A DNA stretch of 64,000 nt from an uncultured Candidatus Poseidoniales archaeon (GTDB taxonomy: Archaea > Thermoplasmatota > Poseidoniia > Poseidoniales > Thalassarchaeaceae), in contig CACELO010000002.1 of assembly GCA_902560445.1 (NCBI GenBank), positions 66,468 to 130,467 on the forward strand, given 5' to 3'. The notes below the pieces were generated by a model. The model did not search any database. It had not been told where the DNA came from and saw only the letters and a program-made list of their open reading frames with translations. The translations under genes and the position numbers were made by a program. This document shows, in pieces, positions 1 to 9,930 of the stretch; position 1 is the stretch's first letter, and every line of letters starts with the position of its first letter.

Positions 1-956
1 CCAGTTTGGATGAGGCAATTTCCATTTCTGAAGAGTTGGTATCCGAAAATCAAGAATTTGACTGGGTTGCTGGGGGAACTGACTTGCTTCCAAATTACAA
101 ATGGCACCTCAACGTCAAACCTAACGTGATTTCTCTTGCAAAGATAAGTGAATTAACAGAACTCAATGAGACTCATATTGGAGCCATGGTCAGGCTTCAT
201 GACCTAGTTCAATCAAGCGCTACACACCCAGTTCTTGCCAAAGCGGCTGATACGATTGCCAGTGTTATGGTCAGACGTTCTGGAACGGTGGGGGGTAATA
301 TTTGCCTTGATACTCGATGTTATTGGTTCAATCAAACCGAACAATGGAGAGAATCCATCGATTGGTGTCACAAATGTGATTGTGGAACAGAAGCAGATTG
401 TAGAGTGATTCCAAATCAAAATACACTCTGTGTGGCTACCTATCAAGCAGATCTCGCCCCAGTTCTAATGTGTCTCGGAGCAGTAATACACCTCGCTGGA
501 TCAAACGGTATCCGCTCGATGCCGCTTAGCGAATTTTTCCAACTTGATGGAATGACTCGTAATGTACTCCAACCCGGAGAATTAGTCACACACCTCACAC
601 TTCCAGAAGATGTTTCTGAATGGCATGGAGATTACCAGAAATTACGGCAACGTGAATCTTGGGATTTCCCAGAGGCTGGAGTCGCCGCTGTTTGGAAGAA
701 AAATGGAACCACAAAACCAACCGAACTCAAGGTGGCAACAACTGGACTGGAATCTATTCCAATGCTTCATACAAAAGAGGTTGACTCCTGCCTAAATGGT
801 TGGTCCGGTGCAGAATCAATTAACGAGTTAGCCGAATCTATTAGAAAATCTGTGAAGCCCGTTCAAAACACATGGTTCTCACCTTCCTACAGAAGAAAAA
901 TGGTGAAGGTGTTAACACGGCGAGCTTGCGCCGGATTGGTGGAGGGAGACTCTTGA
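1..956 (+). CDS. FAD-binding medium subunit of a molybdopterin-dependent (xanthine/CO dehydrogenase family) oxidoreductase, CoxM/HcrB-like; 5' end cut by the window edge
   Basis: ORF track 6..956 is open to the window edge. It has the 'VAGGTDLLPN' and 'GTVGGNIC' motifs typical of PCMH-type FAD-binding subunits. A Cys-rich insertion follows GGNIC (see findings). Confidence 0.7.
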   Translation, partial: SLDEAISISEELVSENQEFDWVAGGTDLLPNYKWHLNVKPNVISLAKISELTELNETHIGAMVRLHDLVQSSATHPVLAKAADTIASVMVRRSGTVGGNICLDTRCYWFNQTEQWRESIDWCHKCDCGTEADCRVIPNQNTLCVATYQADLAPVLMCLGAVIHLAGSNGIRSMPLSEFFQLDGMTRNVLQPGELVTHLTLPEDVSEWHGDYQKLRQRESWDFPEAGVAAVWKKNGTTKPTELKVATTGLESIPMLHTKEVDSCLNGWSGAESINELAESIRKSVKPVQNTWFSPSYRRKMVKVLTRRACAGLVEGDS

Positions 957-1894
957 GGCGAGAGATTTTACCGATTTTCCTCATCACAGCAATGATAATT
1001 GCAATAATCCCAAACTCCATGGCTCAACCGGAACCATCTCTAGGAAATTGGGAATTGGGAATAGAATATCCAGATGAAGATGAAAGCAACCCATTCATAG
1101 TCTCTGAAGCAGGCATGGCTTCGATTACGATGTTTGTCGATAACCAAGGTCTTCTTTCGGTAAAAGTCGCTTTTGAGTATGATTTCCCATTTGAAGCGGA
1201 AGTTATGGGTGCACCTGAAGACGCAACCATAGAGCCAGGAAATAACGACTCATTCACGATTATGATTCGTGGTATCGATGTCTACCAAATAGATGCTGGA
1301 AAGAAGGAAAGCTTCTCAATTACAGCGAATTTAGAAGAGAGGAATGGAATGCCAGTATTTATTCCTGAAAGTCAAGAAAAGATTGGAGACATTGAAATCC
1401 CAGAAATTTTCATGCTAAATGTTGAGATTGCTGACCCGGTTGGGCCGATGAACTCGGGAACTGATACAATACTCAAAGTCACTGTAACAAACGATGGGAA
1501 TTCTAGAGACAAAGTTCGCGAGTTAGAAGTTACTGACGATTGTCCATTGATGACCACTGACTCCGGGCTTGATGCATTACTAACAAGAAACATAGAGAAA
1601 GGAGGAAGTACTACCGCAGACCTCAAAGTAACAGCATCGGACAGTCATCCACAAAGAAATTGTCGCGTTGAGGTGACGGTTGCATCCGATGGTGCAGATG
1701 GAAGCCAGCTCTCAACTGACTTTACACGAATAACCGTTGAACGACCACCAACAAATACCCAAGACCCCGATGATTCTGATGACCCAGAAGACCCTGTAGA
1801 AGTGGTCACATCAAATCTCCCAGCACCCGGAATAATGGTCATACTTAGTTCGTTAATTGGCGCCTTATTTTTGAACCCTGAAAGAAGACAATAA
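953..1894 (+). CDS. secreted, very acidic protein with a C-terminal PGF-CTERM-like membrane tail
   Basis: ORF track 872..1894. I place the start at TTG 953: GGAGGG lies about 8 nt upstream and TTGA overlaps the upstream stop. This gives the signal peptide MRREILPIFLITAMIIAIIPNSMA/QPE. The C-terminus is LPAPGIMVILSSLIGALFLNPERRQ. Confidence 0.6.
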   Translation: MRREILPIFLITAMIIAIIPNSMAQPEPSLGNWELGIEYPDEDESNPFIVSEAGMASITMFVDNQGLLSVKVAFEYDFPFEAEVMGAPEDATIEPGNNDSFTIMIRGIDVYQIDAGKKESFSITANLEERNGMPVFIPESQEKIGDIEIPEIFMLNVEIADPVGPMNSGTDTILKVTVTNDGNSRDKVRELEVTDDCPLMTTDSGLDALLTRNIEKGGSTTADLKVTASDSHPQRNCRVEVTVASDGADGSQLSTDFTRITVERPPTNTQDPDDSDDPEDPVEVVTSNLPAPGIMVILSSLIGALFLNPERRQ

Positions 1895-1899
1895 TCGGG

Positions 1900-1906
1900 T
1901 TTTTTT
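1900..1906 (+). terminator. oligo-T tract (T7) directly after the stop codon; candidate archaeal terminator
   Basis: The sequence 'gggtttttttatt' lies 6 nt after the stop at 1892-1894. Archaeal RNAP terminates at T-tracts. Confidence 0.3.
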
Positions 1907-2085
1907 ATTCTAATTATAATTCCTAAATCAATACACTGAGATAGTGCAATATGCACATCGGACCGTGGGTAATTCCCCCAATTGTGGTGCCCTGTAATCA
2001 ACAACATATATCTGTGAAATGAGGCTCGCGTGGAAGCGTAGGTGTCCCTAGCCTAGGCTAAATCTTTGAATGGAATGGAATTTAC

Positions 2086-3687
2086 ATGGCTGAAGATAAA
2101 TCAGAAGAGGAAAATTTCACCAGAATGGTGGTTGGCTCTTTAGCCATCACAATGGTACTTCTTTTGATCCTCCCCATGATTTTCGTTGCAGGAAAAGCAA
2201 CCTACTATTCTGCCTACACAGAAGGTGAAGGAGGAGAGATTAGTTCTCTCGCCCAAGTCACTGACATGAGAGAAACAATGGCTACTGATGAAGGCTATTT
2301 TATTGCAAACACAATGTCTACTCCAATGTTAGTAAATGATTGGAAAGATCCTCATCGAACGGCATTGATGATAATTGGACCAGAGAAGCCAATTGCTGAA
2401 ACTGAAGCTGATGCGATTTACGACTTTGTAACCAACAGAGGAGGTAAAGTAATCGTCGCCGCTGATGGAACAAATGCAAATCGATTGGCTGAGAAATTTG
2501 GTGTGACTTTCTTTGATTCTCCTCTAAATGATGAGAATCAGTTTTGGATGGAATATGAAGATGGGCAACCAACCGACGGATCCTGGTTAAACGTGTGGGG
2601 GCTTGCAGCTGTTTCAGAAGATGTCAACGATATGCCAAGTTCTTACCTACGGCAAGGATGCGTTGATACAGACGTCTTACAAGAAAATCGACTAAATTGT
2701 AGACTTCCGGTCATGTTCCGTTCCCCCACTGGAATGAAATTCGAGCCTCTACCAGAAGATGATCCAAGTCAAGCATCAGAGAATCAAAGGCAAGTGAAAA
2801 TACTCTCTACTGCTTCTCCATCTGCATTTATTGATGTACAGGGGAACGGTCTTGCAGACGACCAGAGAAATCCAGCACCTGGCGATCTAGCCCTAATCGT
2901 CAGAATCGACTATCCTGAAATTACTACCTTCGACAAGGTTAGCGCTGGTTCTGGAGGATTGGTGGGGGGAAATACCAGAGAACTGCAGGTTACAGGCAGC
3001 ATTGTATTTGTGTCCGATGAGGAGGCTTTCTCAAACCGATTGTGGAGTCTCGATGTGGCGATAGAAAACGACATGAGTTCTTCCTGCGAACAGCAAGCTA
3101 ACAACTGCTGGTTAAACACAGTTAGAGAAACATATTGGCAAGGTAACGAAGAATACTTTTCGCTTCTTATTGATGACATGATGGAACATGATAATAAGAA
3201 GATGGCTAAATCTATTCGTGACGATAAAAGTCAATTTCAGGTTGTCTTTGACGAAAGCCGACACGTTACCGGAATCATATCTGCTCCATTCGTAGAAACC
3301 ATGGGGACCGTTGTACTCCTGACTTCCAATACATTCCTCAAGTGGCTGGTGGTTCTGAATGTTGGATTACTATTGCTTGTTGCGATGATGGTAGTTCCTG
3401 AAAAAGAAAACTGGCGCCATATTTTCGATCTTACGCGATTCAAAGAAAGACCGAATAAATTGGATCCTACATCTTATCGAGAAAGGGTGCAAAAAGCACT
3501 GTTCACGAAAGTTAGAGTTCATTACGACCTAACTAGAGACCAGATGGCGATTAAACCGCCAGCTGAGGTTCAGACGATGATAGGAGATCCGAGACTCGTC
3601 GAACTGGCATATAGCCAAAGCAGAAAATATACTCCCCAAGAATTACGCCAACTAATGGTGGCCATAAGACGATGGGGTAAAAACTGA
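2086..3687 (+). CDS. DUF4350-like membrane protein (N-terminal TM, acidic extracytoplasmic domain, C-terminal TM plus basic tail)
   Basis: 533-aa ORF. The segment 'ALMIIGPEKPIAETEADAIYDFVTNRGGKVIVAADG' resembles the DUF4350 core. It sits immediately upstream of MoxR/DUF58, as in known MoxR clusters. Confidence 0.55.
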   Translation: MAEDKSEEENFTRMVVGSLAITMVLLLILPMIFVAGKATYYSAYTEGEGGEISSLAQVTDMRETMATDEGYFIANTMSTPMLVNDWKDPHRTALMIIGPEKPIAETEADAIYDFVTNRGGKVIVAADGTNANRLAEKFGVTFFDSPLNDENQFWMEYEDGQPTDGSWLNVWGLAAVSEDVNDMPSSYLRQGCVDTDVLQENRLNCRLPVMFRSPTGMKFEPLPEDDPSQASENQRQVKILSTASPSAFIDVQGNGLADDQRNPAPGDLALIVRIDYPEITTFDKVSAGSGGLVGGNTRELQVTGSIVFVSDEEAFSNRLWSLDVAIENDMSSSCEQQANNCWLNTVRETYWQGNEEYFSLLIDDMMEHDNKKMAKSIRDDKSQFQVVFDESRHVTGIISAPFVETMGTVVLLTSNTFLKWLVVLNVGLLLLVAMMVVPEKENWRHIFDLTRFKERPNKLDPTSYRERVQKALFTKVRVHYDLTRDQMAIKPPAEVQTMIGDPRLVELAYSQSRKYTPQELRQLMVAIRRWGKN

Positions 3688-3713
3688 AACAAACAGAAAG
3701 TGGAGAGAGAAAA

Positions 3714-4721
3714 ATGACTGAAGAAAAAGCTGCAACAAAAAAGAAGCCTAAGGGCGGCTCAAAAAAGATGAGTGACAAACTCGAAGCCGTCGGTGCAATC
3801 GGACAAGCGATTAGCACCGAGGTGCAGAAAGTAATCATCGGAAAGAGCCATGTTATCGACAATGTGTTGGTTAACATCCTGTCCAATGGTAACCTCTTAT
3901 TCGAGGATTACCCTGGACTTGCAAAGACCCTGATGACGAATACGTTCGCCGATGCACTCGGCTGTGATTTCAAGCGTGTACAATTTACACCTGATCTTCT
4001 ACCAGCCGACATCACAGGAACGAACATCTACGATGCAAAGAAAGGAGAGTTCTCTTTCAAGCCAGGACCGATTTTCTGCAATCTACTACTGTCTGACGAA
4101 ATTAACCGTGCGCCTCCAAAGACGCAAGCGGCACTTCTAGAAGCGATGCAAGAAAAGCAAGTTACTATCGGAACCGTAACTCACAAACTTCCAGCTCCAT
4201 TCCTGACAATGGCAACACAAAATCCAGTGGAACAGGAAGGAACTTACCCTTTACCAGAGGCTCAACTTGACCGATTTATGTTCAAGATGAGTGTTGGATA
4301 TCCAGATCGTGCAGATGAGGATGAAATTCTCGCACGACGTATTGCTCGAAAGAAGGACGATGTAGAAGTAGAGACAATTACCGATCCTGCTCGTGTGGTC
4401 GCTATGCAGACCGCGATTGAGGATGTCTTTGTCGACCCTGCAGTTCGAATGTATATGGTTGAGATTGTTTCTCGAACCCGTGAAGACCCAAGAGTTCTCG
4501 TCGGGTCATCACCACGTGGTTCACAGGCTCTTCTAAAGACAAGTCGGTCCGCTGCTGCTATGCGTGGACGTGACTTTGTTACACCTGATGATGTTAAGTC
4601 AGTTGCAACCCTAGCGGTAGCTCACCGATTAATCCTCAAACCTGAGCACCAGATTAAGGGTCTCGAGACTGATGAAGTAATCTCGGATATCCTACGTCAG
4701 GTACCAGTGCCAACAGTTTGA
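3714..4721 (+). CDS. moxR: MoxR-family AAA+ ATPase
   Basis: Walker A-like 'FEDYPGLAKT', Walker B/sensor 'LLLSDEINRAPPKTQAALLEAMQE', 'ATQNPVEQEGTYPLPEAQLDRF'. GGAGAG lies upstream of the ATG. Confidence 0.9.
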   Translation: MTEEKAATKKKPKGGSKKMSDKLEAVGAIGQAISTEVQKVIIGKSHVIDNVLVNILSNGNLLFEDYPGLAKTLMTNTFADALGCDFKRVQFTPDLLPADITGTNIYDAKKGEFSFKPGPIFCNLLLSDEINRAPPKTQAALLEAMQEKQVTIGTVTHKLPAPFLTMATQNPVEQEGTYPLPEAQLDRFMFKMSVGYPDRADEDEILARRIARKKDDVEVETITDPARVVAMQTAIEDVFVDPAVRMYMVEIVSRTREDPRVLVGSSPRGSQALLKTSRSAAAMRGRDFVTPDDVKSVATLAVAHRLILKPEHQIKGLETDEVISDILRQVPVPTV

Positions 4722-4760
4722 GGGCATTGATCAGATTTAGCAAAAGGAGGTATTAGCCCG

Positions 4761-6077
4761 ATGGCATGGAGCAGAAAATCAGCCATGTTTGCCGCCCTTG
4801 CGGTAGCCATGTATCTGCTCGGATTGGTGTTGAGAAATCAGCAACTGGTCACAGTCGCCGTTGTTCTACTATCTTTCCTTACCTATGCTGCATTCCGAAC
4901 AACCCATGCCGACGTTGCTTCTAGTGGACGTCGCTTGGAAGATGCAGACGCTGATTCAGGAGTTGCACTACAATCAATTGTTGCAATGCGAAAACTATCC
5001 TCTGCGAGAGTTTTCGAGGACGGTGAAATTGATGTTACCCTTAGGATTCAGAACCGATCATCTCTCCCCAAGGTTCTAGAGGTCCGAGACAGAGTCCCTG
5101 AAGTTATGCGAATAAAGAAAGGAGCAAATTATGTTCTGATGGAATTGGGTGGAAGGAAAGAAACTGAAATATCCTATACTATTGAGACTCCTCTAAGAGG
5201 ATTCTATACAATTGGTCCCGTTTGTGTCAGAGTACAAGATGCCTTCGGATTATTCCACAATGAAAGGGAAATTCAACTCTACGACGATTTCCTTGTATTC
5301 CCCAAGATGGAAGATATCAAGGATGCGTTGATCAAGAGTAGAGTTCCAAAAATCTTCACAGGTGCCGTGAATATTCGTAACCCTGGTGAAGGCACGAATT
5401 TCTACAACCTGCGCGAGTACATCCCAGGAGATCCAATGAAGAAGGTAAACTGGAAGGCTTGGGCTAGGTCTGGAAAGATGATGGTAAACGAGTTTGAACG
5501 TGACGCGGTTAGCGACATAATTCTAATCATCGATAGTCGATCTGTATCTGAAACTGGTCCAGTAAGTCGGAATTCCTTGGTTTATAGTACAAGAGCAGCT
5601 GCAAGTCTTGCACAGTATTTCTTGTCTCGGAGAGACTCAGTTGGTTTGGTGACTTATGGTGACGAAATCGTGTCAATTGACCGAGATACTGGGAAGAAAC
5701 AATTGTACGTTATTTTGACAAAGTTAGCCGGCGCCATGGCAAAGGGTAACACACCTCTGAAAGTGGTGACAAATCGTATTCTCCCTCACATCAATCGTGG
5801 AAGTCCAATTATTATTCTAAGTCCATTAGAAGATGACCCAACTGTGATTGACGCAGTAAGAGACCTTAGAGCTAGGAACTTCGACGTAACCATACTATCT
5901 CCATCTAGCCTCGAATTCGAGTTCGATGCCAGAAGACTTGATCGTACTGGGTATGAAGTTCTCAAGACTGAGCGAGATATCCTAATCAGTGAATTGCGTG
6001 GATTAGGAGCTAATGTTATGGATTGGGAACCAGACATGATGCTCGTAACTGCATTAGCCGGAGCAAGAGGATTCTAG
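4761..6077 (+). CDS. DUF58 (vWA-like) protein, the usual MoxR partner
   Basis: Hallmark 'NFYNLREYIPGDPMKKVNWKAWARSGKMMVNEFE'. Two N-terminal TM segments. AAGGAGG SD before the ATG. Confidence 0.85.
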   Translation: MAWSRKSAMFAALAVAMYLLGLVLRNQQLVTVAVVLLSFLTYAAFRTTHADVASSGRRLEDADADSGVALQSIVAMRKLSSARVFEDGEIDVTLRIQNRSSLPKVLEVRDRVPEVMRIKKGANYVLMELGGRKETEISYTIETPLRGFYTIGPVCVRVQDAFGLFHNEREIQLYDDFLVFPKMEDIKDALIKSRVPKIFTGAVNIRNPGEGTNFYNLREYIPGDPMKKVNWKAWARSGKMMVNEFERDAVSDIILIIDSRSVSETGPVSRNSLVYSTRAAASLAQYFLSRRDSVGLVTYGDEIVSIDRDTGKKQLYVILTKLAGAMAKGNTPLKVVTNRILPHINRGSPIIILSPLEDDPTVIDAVRDLRARNFDVTILSPSSLEFEFDARRLDRTGYEVLKTERDILISELRGLGANVMDWEPDMMLVTALAGARGF

Positions 6078-7027
6078 GAGGTGAAATCATCGCGGACGAA
6101 GTCAAAACAGAGGGATCTTCAGATACCTCCCACCTTTATGATGGAAAGACCGTTAGGTCATCCGCGCCAAGCAGAAAAAAGGCTGCAGGTCGACTAAAGT
6201 CGAGCACTGATATCCCTAAAGATGCAATTCCAGAAGTACATGTGCCATCTTGGATTGAGTCTTTCTTCGGAGGACCAATTGTATCTTCGATGAAGTTCCT
6301 CCCAGCTAATCGAACTGTGACTAATTTACAGGTGAGCTCAGCGGGATGTCTAGTACTTCTAACAGCGCTTACCCTACTATTCACTCCGGTATCTGGAACC
6401 GCTTGGTTTGCTATAGCAAATTTAATTGGAATTCCATTAGTTGGAGGGGTTATTCACATCCTCATCATGATTATTGGTGCTATTGGAGGAGCATATGGTA
6501 TCTTCCAGCGTGACCAGAGGGCTTTGTTAGTCTCTTACGTTGCAATGCTACTTGTAACCCTGAGATTCGCAGGAAGCAAAGTAGAATTCGGATTTAACCT
6601 ACTACCTGAGCAAGAGATTCTACAGAAGGTGCTGCTAATTGCCTACGCAGTTTTCCTAGTCATGTACTTCGAATTAACCAACGGAATTATTCGATTTTCA
6701 ATGTTGGATACTTCAATTAGAACTGGAGAAGTCTACGTTATGGGAGAAGGTAAAATCATCAGGCAATATTACCGAGCGATTGGAATTACTCCAGTTGTTG
6801 CAGGAATAGTAGCCTTGCTAACCCTTCTCATCAACCTAATTATTCCTGCGATGGTCGATATATTCGATAGCGTTCAGGCAAATAGATTGAGAGAGTCGGT
6901 GGAATTAACTTCGGTGTACGGTGTAGCGCTCGGAACAGCCATGGTGTTCACGGTTATCGCAGCCGCATTTGCAGTAAACCTACCTCTACGACTACAACAA
7001 ATACAAGAAGGCCGAGCAAACAAGTAG
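6023..7027 (+). CDS. polytopic membrane protein of unknown function, last gene of the MoxR cluster; start uncertain
   Basis: 334-aa ORF with at least 6 hydrophobic segments. The ORF-track start (TTG 6023) overlaps DUF58 by 55 nt. In-frame alternatives are GTG 6242 or a downstream ATG. No canonical start follows the GGAGGTG at 6078-6084. Confidence 0.5.
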   Translation: MGTRHDARNCISRSKRILGGEIIADEVKTEGSSDTSHLYDGKTVRSSAPSRKKAAGRLKSSTDIPKDAIPEVHVPSWIESFFGGPIVSSMKFLPANRTVTNLQVSSAGCLVLLTALTLLFTPVSGTAWFAIANLIGIPLVGGVIHILIMIIGAIGGAYGIFQRDQRALLVSYVAMLLVTLRFAGSKVEFGFNLLPEQEILQKVLLIAYAVFLVMYFELTNGIIRFSMLDTSIRTGEVYVMGEGKIIRQYYRAIGITPVVAGIVALLTLLINLIIPAMVDIFDSVQANRLRESVELTSVYGVALGTAMVFTVIAAAFAVNLPLRLQQIQEGRANK

Positions 7028-7036
7028 GCCCCTAAT

Positions 7037-8140
7037 CTACTCTGGATTTAGGAATCCACCAATCATCCCCAGGTCTGCTACAACCAATCTAGCGATAGCT
7101 CTGACAACTGGAACCGCCCGAGGTCCCAATACAGGGTCATGCCTTCCACCGACTCGTAGTGGGCGTTTTTCTCCACTAGGGAGGTGTAGAGTCGATTGTT
7201 CACGGGATATACTACTTGGTGGTTTGAAGTGGATGACGACTCGAATTGGAGCACCGGTTGACCTACCACCGAGTGCACCATCTGCTTGAGCTGATTCTGA
7301 ACCTTCTAACTCGGGTTTATCCCCATCAAAATGCCATGTATCATTATGCTCGGAGCCTCTCATCTTTGATGCTTTAACCCCTCTAGAGAATTCAACAGCA
7401 CGAGCACCAGGAATCGCCATCATACCTCGCGCTAGAGCCGGTTCTAGGCCATCAAACCAAGGCTCACCTACGCCTATTGGTAATCCTTCGATTATACACT
7501 CAACACTCGATCCGACCGAGTCTTGTTCCATCCTAACTTCTTCGATAAAGTTCGAGAATAATTCAGCTGCCTCTGAATCCAGGCAATTCAACCGGGCCAT
7601 TGTCGAACCTTCGGGAGGTTCTCTTTCTCTATCTAGTTGGAACAATGGTTTAGCATGTAAATCACCAACACTATGTAAATGAGTATCAACTCTCCAGCCA
7701 GCCTGATTCAATAACCCCCTTAATTGGCTTGCTGCAGTTACTAATCCGTAGGTCAATCTAGCTGATTGAGAGCCCCCTCCTCTCAAGTCTGCTGCGCCAT
7801 CTGTACGAACCATTTCTGGAAGGTCGGCATGTCCCGGACGTGGTTGATCAGGGAGGAAACTGTAATCCTTGGATTTAGCATCAGAATTCCAAGTAAGTAA
7901 TACAATTGGCCAACCTGTTGCCTTACCTTCATGAACTCCTGAAAGAATCTCACAATCGTCCGATTCAGTACGCCTACTGAGGCCTTTTCTCCCAGGCTTT
8001 CTCTTTGCAATGTCCTCGTTTAATGCCTGTAAATCGATTTCTGTTCCTGCAGGAATACCTTCGACCAATGCGCCTACGCATCTACCGTGACTTTCTCCGA
8101 AGAGAGTCACACGAACCGAATCTCCTAATCTCATTCCCAT
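7037..8140 (-). CDS. aroC: chorismate synthase
   Basis: The N-terminal 'RVTLFGESHGRCVGALVEGIPAG' and overall length match AroC. It overlaps the aroK stop by 10 nt. Confidence 0.9.
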   Translation of the reverse strand: MGMRLGDSVRVTLFGESHGRCVGALVEGIPAGTEIDLQALNEDIAKRKPGRKGLSRRTESDDCEILSGVHEGKATGWPIVLLTWNSDAKSKDYSFLPDQPRPGHADLPEMVRTDGAADLRGGGSQSARLTYGLVTAASQLRGLLNQAGWRVDTHLHSVGDLHAKPLFQLDREREPPEGSTMARLNCLDSEAAELFSNFIEEVRMEQDSVGSSVECIIEGLPIGVGEPWFDGLEPALARGMMAIPGARAVEFSRGVKASKMRGSEHNDTWHFDGDKPELEGSESAQADGALGGRSTGAPIRVVIHFKPPSSISREQSTLHLPSGEKRPLRVGGRHDPVLGPRAVPVVRAIARLVVADLGMIGGFLNPE

Positions 8141-8994
8141 TCATCTCTCTCCCAATGAAGGTCAACACCATGATGAGTTCGTGTGTGGATGAATTCAAAC
8201 CCTTTAGATTTGATATGTTCCTTCACCAACTCTGCCTGCTCTGCCTCACAAAGAACTGCGATTGCTGGTCCAGAACCCGAGATCGCAGCAGGGCAACCAA
8301 ATAGAATCTCGATATCTTCACAAATTTGTAATGCCTCCTGATCATTCAAGGCCTCAGCGACCGCTTGTCCATTCATCCTAAAGGCATTGATTGGAGAGCC
8401 ATTCGTTAATTGCAAAACAATTTGTTCAAACCTTGTACGAATGTTCTCAAATGATTGTATTTCGACTACTCCCTTTCGCATATCTCTTAGTACAATTATT
8501 ACTTCCTTTTCAGGAAATTCAATTTGTTGTAATAATCCAGTTCCACTTGCATTTGAGTCAACTATCCAGGTAGCAGGAAAGTTAGCAACTGCGATGTCGT
8601 CTTTACCCCCTGAGATACTACAACCAGCCTTTATTTGAATTGCTGAAATAAGATTAAATGTCACATTGTCGCTAAGAATTACAGAATTACCCGTAGATAA
8701 TGCATTAACCGCAGCCATCAATAATGCTGAACTAGATTTCAGTCCCATACCGTTTGGTATATCCGACTTAACAAGCCATCCAATTTGTCCTGAGGGAAGT
8801 GGTAAATCTCGTTCTTTCCAAGCCTCTAGGAGTAGTTGAAGTAATCTGTGTTCATCTCCCTCAGGGATTAATCTACCTTCCACTAAGCCAACATGCGTCC
8901 AAAGATCAATCGGCGTTGAACTACCATTTCCACATCCAAGAGCATGTAGGAGACTGATTCCACCATGAGCTCGACCAGAACCGTAGACTTTCAT
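8131..8994 (-). CDS. aroK: archaeal-type (GHMP-family) shikimate kinase
   Basis: GHMP motif 'PNGMGLKSSSALLMAAVNAL'. It lies within the shikimate operon and has a 4-nt ATGA overlap with the upstream gene. Confidence 0.8.
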   Translation of the reverse strand: MKVYGSGRAHGGISLLHALGCGNGSSTPIDLWTHVGLVEGRLIPEGDEHRLLQLLLEAWKERDLPLPSGQIGWLVKSDIPNGMGLKSSSALLMAAVNALSTGNSVILSDNVTFNLISAIQIKAGCSISGGKDDIAVANFPATWIVDSNASGTGLLQQIEFPEKEVIIVLRDMRKGVVEIQSFENIRTRFEQIVLQLTNGSPINAFRMNGQAVAEALNDQEALQICEDIEILFGCPAAISGSGPAIAVLCEAEQAELVKEHIKSKGFEFIHTRTHHGVDLHWERDEWE

Positions 8995-9926
8995 CTTTCA
9001 TTCATCTCCCCTGCGAGTTCTCGGCCAATGTGTCGCATACCCGAGGAAAGTCGTACAGCAATTTTGTCTCCATCCTGTATTGAGGTGACGCTGATGTTTC
9101 CTTCTTCATTGATGAATCGAACAGTTTCGGCCTGTTGTACTAACACTTGTGCCGATTGATTATCACAATCAAATCTGATTAAAAGAAACGGCCTTCTTTC
9201 GATTTTCAAGCGGCCGATAGTAGCGCTACGGGTTTCTCCTGAGAAGTTTGCGATTGCTACCTGATCTCCTGAGGTCAATTCGCTGAGATATTTAGTTGAG
9301 CCGTTAGCCATCAAGCAGTAGGCGTGAACTGCCCCCGCATTAATACGAAATGGCCTAGAAGGAACAAATTCGGAGGGAATGGTTTCTCCATGAATCAAAA
9401 CTAATGCATTTGCAGAAGACCCGATTAGCATACCTTCTCCATCGGTTAGCCTCTCTGTCAAATCAATACAGATTCGTTCCCCCACACCTCCCGATTCTAT
9501 GTTAGTAACATTCCCTAAAACAAATGATTCAGTTACATTTCCACTTTCAGGTTGAACTGAATTCCTTTGTCCAGATATCTCCTCTGCGGCATTCCACAAT
9601 TCTTCATCAGCATGAAGCAATAATGCATCCACTCCATGTTGCAGTGCGAATGCAGCTCCGCTAAGATCTACGGTTTGTGAAATTGCAGCTGCAATTCTAG
9701 TTCCACTTCCTGCAGCTGCGGCTACAATGTTCTCCAAAGGAATCATTGTCCAATCCGAACATCGAACCAAAATCCAATCAATCATACCAACAAGTGAGAC
9801 TGCCTCGTCTTGGCCATAGAAATCATCCAAGTGAACTTCGGCCACATCGTAGTCTGAAGATTTCCAAACCCTATCTGCCCTAAGAGAAAAATCCGAGGAT
9901 TCTTCACTTTCAAGCCACAACTGCAA
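8991..9926 (-). CDS. aroB: 3-dehydroquinate synthase II (archaeal type)
   Basis: 311-aa ORF between the ADH synthase and shikimate kinase genes. The 'DWTMIPLENIVAA' and 'IGRLKIERRPFLLI' regions resemble DHQS-II. Confidence 0.75.
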   Translation of the reverse strand: MQLWLESEESSDFSLRADRVWKSSDYDVAEVHLDDFYGQDEAVSLVGMIDWILVRCSDWTMIPLENIVAAAAGSGTRIAAAISQTVDLSGAAFALQHGVDALLLHADEELWNAAEEISGQRNSVQPESGNVTESFVLGNVTNIESGGVGERICIDLTERLTDGEGMLIGSSANALVLIHGETIPSEFVPSRPFRINAGAVHAYCLMANGSTKYLSELTSGDQVAIANFSGETRSATIGRLKIERRPFLLIRFDCDNQSAQVLVQQAETVRFINEEGNISVTSIQDGDKIAVRLSSGMRHIGRELAGEMNER

Positions 9927-9930
9927 GTAA

